Assembly (NCBI GenBank): GCA_963843375.1
Contig: CAWJKT010000006.1
Coordinates: 64,001 to 128,000, forward strand
Direction of reading: 5' to 3'
From: an uncultured Pseudomonadota bacterium
Lineage (GTDB): Bacteria; Oederibacteriota; Muellerivitia; Muellerivitales; Muellerivitaceae
Length of the DNA: 64,000 bases
In this document: piece by piece, positions 59,141-64,000 of the stretch
Layout of the letters: every line of letters begins with the position of its first letter
Numbering within the stretch: position 1 is the stretch's first letter
The notes under the pieces: model-generated
Database searches by the model: none
Told to the model about the DNA's origin: nothing
Seen by the model: the letters and a program-made list of their open reading frames with translations, nothing else
Translations under genes and position numbers: made by a program

Positions 59141-61342
59141 ATGAAAAACACTCGCTTCTGCGAACCCCTAACCCAAGCATTGCTCCTTATGGCCGCCTTC
59201 ACGCTCGGGGCCTTGGGCCAATTCTTTCTCATTCAACAAACCGTTCCCTGGACCGTCTGGTCGGGACTGGCCCTATACGTTGGAGCCATATCCCTCTTTC
59301 TTTGTGGGGTTAAAACCAGCGGCAAGGAACAACTTCCCTCACCCCATTTGACTGTTAAGCAAGAGTTCCTGATTCTCATTTTGATATTCCTGACGGCTCT
59401 TTTTTTCCGTTTCTTCAAACTCGGGGAATTCCCCTCCGGGATCTTCCCGGACGACGCTTGCGCGGCTTATGGGGCTTTGCGGGTTCTCCACGAAGGCTGG
59501 CGTCCATTTCAAGAGATATTTCTTCTGCATGCGGCCGTTCCTTCGATTTATTATGATTTGGCTCTATGGTTCTCCTTTTTTTCACCAACTCAAATCCATC
59601 TTTTTGGTTATTCGATCTTCCTCTCCCTTTTAACCCTGGGTTTCCTTTACTTGGCTTTCCGAAGATTGGCTGGGACTCCCACGGCATTGTTGGCGGTTTA
59701 TATTTTGGCGGTTATGCGGTGGGACATTACTTTCAGCCGCAACGCTCATCTTTGTATCGAGGTTCCTTTTTACCTTTCCGCCACGCTTTGCTTTTGGCTT
59801 TACGCCCTTTCCACGGGAAAACGCTGGGCCTATGTGATTTGCGCCGTTTTTTTCACGGCCGGCTTTTACAGCTATACGTCCTACTATGCCTTCATCCCCC
59901 TGATGATGATATATGCGCTCTATGAATGGAACCAAACCCGGCAGAAGCCAAGGGACTTCCCCTCGAACCTGGCCCTTTTCTTTTCTCTTTTCCTCCTCCT
60001 TTCGCTCCCGCTGCTTTTTCATATCATCTTCAGCGCCGACCACGGCAACCTTCTAGGGGCTTCCCAGGACCGGCTTAACAGTTTTCTCGCCTCCCTCGCC
60101 CATGGAGACTTTTCTCTCTTACCACCCCATCTGGCCGGAACCGCTTTGATGTTTAACCGCACGGGCGATTCCTGGTACCTCGACAACCTGCCCTACCATC
60201 GCATGGTAGATGACGTTACCGGAGTCTTGTGGATTCTTGGACTAAGTTTGGCCGTGGTTCGGTTTAAGCAAAGGAAATACTTTTACGCCCTTACCGGCTT
60301 TATCGTCATGTGTTTACCCACCTTGCTTTCCAATTACCCCGCTCAATCTGGCCGGGCCCTCGGGGCGGCTCCATTCCTGGCACTTCTGGGAGCCTTCGGG
60401 CTTGGGGGGGCGTTGGAAACAGCGGGGAAAATAAAGAGATTGAAGTTATTCCTTCCTATCTTACTAGCCGCAGCCTTAGGACTAATGGCCTTTGAGAATT
60501 ATCAGACCTATTTCAACCAGCAGGCTTTGGATCCCGATTGCTGGAGAGACCCCGCAACGGACGCCACTTTGGCTGGAAAAAGAATTGCCCAATCCGGCAG
60601 TTCGGATGAGGTTTACGTTTCTTCCCGCTTCTTCCTCCACTATGCGGTTTTATTCCTGGGCTACCCGCAAAAGGAACATGTCCATGAATTGAGGATACCG
60701 GAAGATCTCGTGATGCTCCCGAGACCGGCGGATAGGGGTCTATTGTTTGTTTTGGACGAGGGAAAAACAGGGGTGTTGGGACTTCTACAGTCCCTATTCC
60801 CAGGGGGAGAAACCGAAAAAGTGCGTGATCTCCAAGGAGAACCTTTTGTTTACTTTTACCATGTGAACGCGAAGGATGCCGCCCAAGGACAGCTCCGGGC
60901 TAAAAATTTTTTGTCCCAAAGTTTTGGCCTGAAGGGAAGTTACTATCTGTCGATGGAAGAAAAGGGGCCTGCGGACTTGGTCAAGAAGGATCCAGTGTTG
61001 AATTTCACCTTCCGAAATGATTTTCCCATGATCCAGTTTCCGCCCCTAACCGTTGACTGGATCGGCAAACTTATCGTTCCGGAAACGGGCAGCTACCACT
61101 TTGTGTTCCTGGCTACCAATTCCTCCACCTTGAAAATCGACGGGAAGAAGATTTTAGCCCGGGAAAATGTTGAATCAAATGGCCTGACACTGGCTAAAGG
61201 CCCCCATAGGCTTGAGGTCCTTTTCCAAAAGGTTGTTTACACCAGTAAGGAAGAAGGACAAGCCGCGGCTCTTAGTTTATTGTGGAAAAAACCTGGGGAC
61301 GCCAGATTTGATGTGGTTCCCTATACGGCTTTTATGCAATAA
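59141..61342 (+). CDS. Multi-TM GT-C glycosyltransferase (ArnT/PMT-like) with C-terminal PA14 domain
   Basis: FRFFKLGEFPSGIFPDD loop after TM, W.ITFSR, many TMs; GLKGSYY, WIGKLIVPETGSYHF, LKIDGK, LAKGPHRLEV. Confidence 0.8.
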   Translation: MKNTRFCEPLTQALLLMAAFTLGALGQFFLIQQTVPWTVWSGLALYVGAISLFLCGVKTSGKEQLPSPHLTVKQEFLILILIFLTALFFRFFKLGEFPSGIFPDDACAAYGALRVLHEGWRPFQEIFLLHAAVPSIYYDLALWFSFFSPTQIHLFGYSIFLSLLTLGFLYLAFRRLAGTPTALLAVYILAVMRWDITFSRNAHLCIEVPFYLSATLCFWLYALSTGKRWAYVICAVFFTAGFYSYTSYYAFIPLMMIYALYEWNQTRQKPRDFPSNLALFFSLFLLLSLPLLFHIIFSADHGNLLGASQDRLNSFLASLAHGDFSLLPPHLAGTALMFNRTGDSWYLDNLPYHRMVDDVTGVLWILGLSLAVVRFKQRKYFYALTGFIVMCLPTLLSNYPAQSGRALGAAPFLALLGAFGLGGALETAGKIKRLKLFLPILLAAALGLMAFENYQTYFNQQALDPDCWRDPATDATLAGKRIAQSGSSDEVYVSSRFFLHYAVLFLGYPQKEHVHELRIPEDLVMLPRPADRGLLFVLDEGKTGVLGLLQSLFPGGETEKVRDLQGEPFVYFYHVNAKDAAQGQLRAKNFLSQSFGLKGSYYLSMEEKGPADLVKKDPVLNFTFRNDFPMIQFPPLTVDWIGKLIVPETGSYHFVFLATNSSTLKIDGKKILARENVESNGLTLAKGPHRLEVLFQKVVYTSKEEGQAAALSLLWKKPGDARFDVVPYTAFMQ

Positions 61343-61468
61343 GGAAAAGTTCCTGGTTTAAAACCTTCCTTGCAGGCCGCCATTGAAATACCCGGTTAAA
61401 AGAAAGTGGAAGCGGTCGGCTAAAAGCTGGCGCATTTTCTCCCCTTGACCAATAACCAATCACCTTGT

Positions 61469-62872
61469 TCAGAAGTTTCTAGCCGCAGCATTCTGGGCGT
61501 GATGGATCCGATAGGGAGGATTTTGGGGCAAGGCTTTAAAATCAAAACCATTCTCCCGAATAACTTTCTGGTACCACTTGGCGCTCTTCTTAAAGGTGCG
61601 CTTTTGGGTTTTAAAATCTACATGAATAAGCCCGAACCTCGGGTCATAGCCATGGCACCATTCAAAATTGTCCATGAAACTCCAGGCATAGTAGCCCTTC
61701 AGGGGCGCTCCATCTTGGATGGCCCGGTTGGCTTCAGCCAGGTAGTTGCCCAAGAAATGGACGCGAATGTCATCCTCCAGGGTTTCTTCCACCGTTCTTT
61801 CGGAATCCCTCGTGGGTATTCCGTTTTCGGTGATATACATTTTCCAGCCATAGGTTTTCCAAAGGTGCATGAGTAGGTCATAAAGGGCGTCAGGCACGAC
61901 TGGCCATTTGAGATCATTGATCGGCATCTTATCCGGCACGGAAAAATCATTATCGAAGATATTATTCCCCTTGGAATAACGAGCATAGTTTGGGAAGTAA
62001 TGATTGACCCCTAAAAAGTCCAGCGGATGGGCGATGTCCTTAAGATCCTTTTCATAGTACCCGGGCTTTTCGCCTGAGAACTCAAAGAAGAAAGACGGAT
62101 AACCTTTGCCGGCCAGGGGGTCCAGAAAGCTTTCGATAAGGAGGTTTTGCATATGAAAAGCGTATTCTTTATCCGCCTTATCATCCCGCAGGGTGCGGCA
62201 CAGCGCCAAGGCCGCCACCGTTCCGATTTCCCCCTTGAGGTTCATCTGCCGATAGCTTTGCAACGCCAAGCCGTGGCCCAGATTCAAGTGATGGGCAGTT
62301 AAGGCGAACTCCTTGCGATTTGCGTGGCCCGGCGGGAAATACCCCCACAGATAGCCCAGTTGGGCCGTAACCGCTGATTCATTTTGGGTTGCCCATAAAG
62401 GGATGTCTTTTCCAAAGGCCTTGAAAAGGACTTCCGAATATTCACGGAACGCCAAGGCCGTCTCGCGATTGACCCAGCCACCTTCGGCCCACTCAGGAAT
62501 TTCCCAATGGAACAGGGTGGCGTTGGGGACGATCCCGGCCTTATGGAGTTCCTCAATGAGACGGTGATAAAAATCCAATGCTTTCTCATTGATCTTTCCC
62601 CTTTGGGGAATAATCCGGGGCCAGGAAAAGGAAAAACGATAGCTTTGGAGGCCCATTTCCTTCATCAGGGCGATGTCTTCCTTATAACGGTGATAATGGT
62701 CACAGGCCGTGTCGGCGTCTTGGTTGTCGGCGATACGCCCCGGCGTTCGTGTCCATTCATACCAGTTGCTTTTGGCCGCTCCATCCGCCAAAGGGCTTCC
62801 TTCGATTTGGAAAGAACTGGTAGCCGCTCCCCATAGAAAATCTTTGGGGAATGAAATAAAATTGGAAGACAT
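61469..62872 (-). CDS. Glycoside hydrolase family 1 beta-glucosidase
   Basis: FLWGAATSSFQIEG, DHYHRYKED, YRFSFSWPRI, TQNES (acid/base), YITENG (nucleophile), WSFMDNFEW. Confidence 0.95.
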   Translation of the reverse strand: MSSNFISFPKDFLWGAATSSFQIEGSPLADGAAKSNWYEWTRTPGRIADNQDADTACDHYHRYKEDIALMKEMGLQSYRFSFSWPRIIPQRGKINEKALDFYHRLIEELHKAGIVPNATLFHWEIPEWAEGGWVNRETALAFREYSEVLFKAFGKDIPLWATQNESAVTAQLGYLWGYFPPGHANRKEFALTAHHLNLGHGLALQSYRQMNLKGEIGTVAALALCRTLRDDKADKEYAFHMQNLLIESFLDPLAGKGYPSFFFEFSGEKPGYYEKDLKDIAHPLDFLGVNHYFPNYARYSKGNNIFDNDFSVPDKMPINDLKWPVVPDALYDLLMHLWKTYGWKMYITENGIPTRDSERTVEETLEDDIRVHFLGNYLAEANRAIQDGAPLKGYYAWSFMDNFEWCHGYDPRFGLIHVDFKTQKRTFKKSAKWYQKVIRENGFDFKALPQNPPYRIHHAQNAAARNF

Positions 62873-63019
62873 GGGTGGTTTAGCCTTTCCTAAAATAAAT
62901 AATGCGATAGTTTATGGTTTTTATTTGAAAAATAAACTCAATAAATTTAAGCGGGCCGCAAGTCGTTGAGTAAACTTTCCGGACGGAAAGCCCAAACACT
63001 TTCGAGGAAAAGCCCTTTT

Positions 63020-63566
63020 ATGGAATACAACATCGTTAAAATGGGCAACTCGGTCCTCCGGAAGAAAACTTATTCCGTAACCGAAAAACATTTGGTTTCA
63101 AAAAAATTCCAGCTTTTTTTAAAGCAAATGGTGCCCCAAATGCGAAAAGCTGGAGGTGTCGGTTTAGCCGCAAACCAACTGGGCTTCAATATCAACAGCC
63201 TTCGTCATGGAATGTCGCGGGAATAAGCGTTATCCTAAAGTCAAATCCTTTCCACTTCAGACATACATCAACGCCCGCATCATAAAATATTCCCGGTTGA
63301 AGGAAAAAGGATGGGAAGGCTGCCTGAGCATCCCTGGTTTCCGAGGCATGGTTCCCCGTTCCAAGTGGGTGACCTTTGAAGCCCAAACACCAGACGGCCA
63401 AAAAGTTCGAAAGACCGTTCACGGATTCGAGGCTCGAGTCATTCAGCACGAAGTGGATCACTTGAATGGATTTTTTTACATAAACCGAATGAAAGATTTG
63501 AAAACCTGGATACATTTGGAGGAATTTAATAAACAATTCAAATCAGGGATAAGGGATAATAAGTGA
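63020..63566 (+). CDS. def: Peptide deformylase; frameshift near 63197
   Basis: GVGLAANQ in the first frame; EGCLS and QHEVDHLNG in the second. Confidence 0.92.
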
Positions 63567-63740
63567 AATTAGATTCAAATTTTTTCAATGTCGTCGGACG
63601 CACCGCTTAAATAATAAAGGATTTATCAACCTAAATATTTCTGGCGTTTTGGTAACAAATATCTTTTTAGTTTCTATTTAGAAATAGATATGAGCTGATC
63701 GTCATCCTTTCAACGGCAACTTATTTAAAAGCAGGCCCTT

Positions 63741-64000
63741 ATGAATCTTTATCTTTTTCGCCACGGCAAAGCCGCACGCCTCGACACCAACCAACCTCGC
63801 TCCCTCACCGTTCGGGGAAAAGCCGAAGTAACTCTCATCGCGGAACACTTTAAAAAACAATCTCTCCAAATTAACCACCTTTGGCACAGCCCAAAAACCC
63901 GAGCCATTCAGACCGCTGAAATATTCCTAAAAATCAATGGCAAGTCAGGCATAAAAGTGGAAGAAAAAAAAGAGCTAAAACCCGAAGGTGACGCCCGGGA
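63741..64000 (+). CDS. sixA: Phosphohistidine phosphatase SixA (runs off the window)
   Basis: Hand-translated MNLYLFRHGKA...RSLTVRG...LWHSPKTRAIQTAEI. Confidence 0.85.
   Translation, partial: MNLYLFRHGKAARLDTNQPRSLTVRGKAEVTLIAEHFKKQSLQINHLWHSPKTRAIQTAEIFLKINGKSGIKVEEKKELKPEGDAR

Overview
Chromosomal window (roughly 50% GC) from a diderm bacterium, as shown by a TonB-dependent receptor, beta-barrel OMPs and a PorV-like barrel. It is probably from an uncultured lineage; the T/P-rich stalks and YPNP-type C-terminal domains resemble candidate phyla such as FCPU426, but this is unverified. Main contents: (1) a ~20 kb signalling-rich block (3.8-23.3 kb) with an NtrC-type activator flanked by two sigma-54 promoters sharing a 17-bp upstream palindrome, a pair of CheX-like paralogs, a TBDR-YfiR-kinase-receiver-hybrid kinase operon, and a CHASE3/PAS kinase followed by two receiver-zinc-ribbon proteins; (2) a pqqABCDE operon (pqqA missed by the ORF track; pqqD and pqqE possibly fused) directly downstream of a secreted PQQ-like beta-propeller on a ~340-aa Thr/Ser/Pro stalk with a T9SS-like sorting domain; (3) a sedolisin (S53) with a similar tail followed by a PorV-family barrel fused to FN3; (4) housekeeping genes hrpB, uup-like ABC-F, rpoD, clpB, def, sixA, plus enzymes. 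Many single-base indels, including in clpB and def, point to uncorrected assembly errors. No rRNA, tRNA, CRISPR array or mobile element was recognised.
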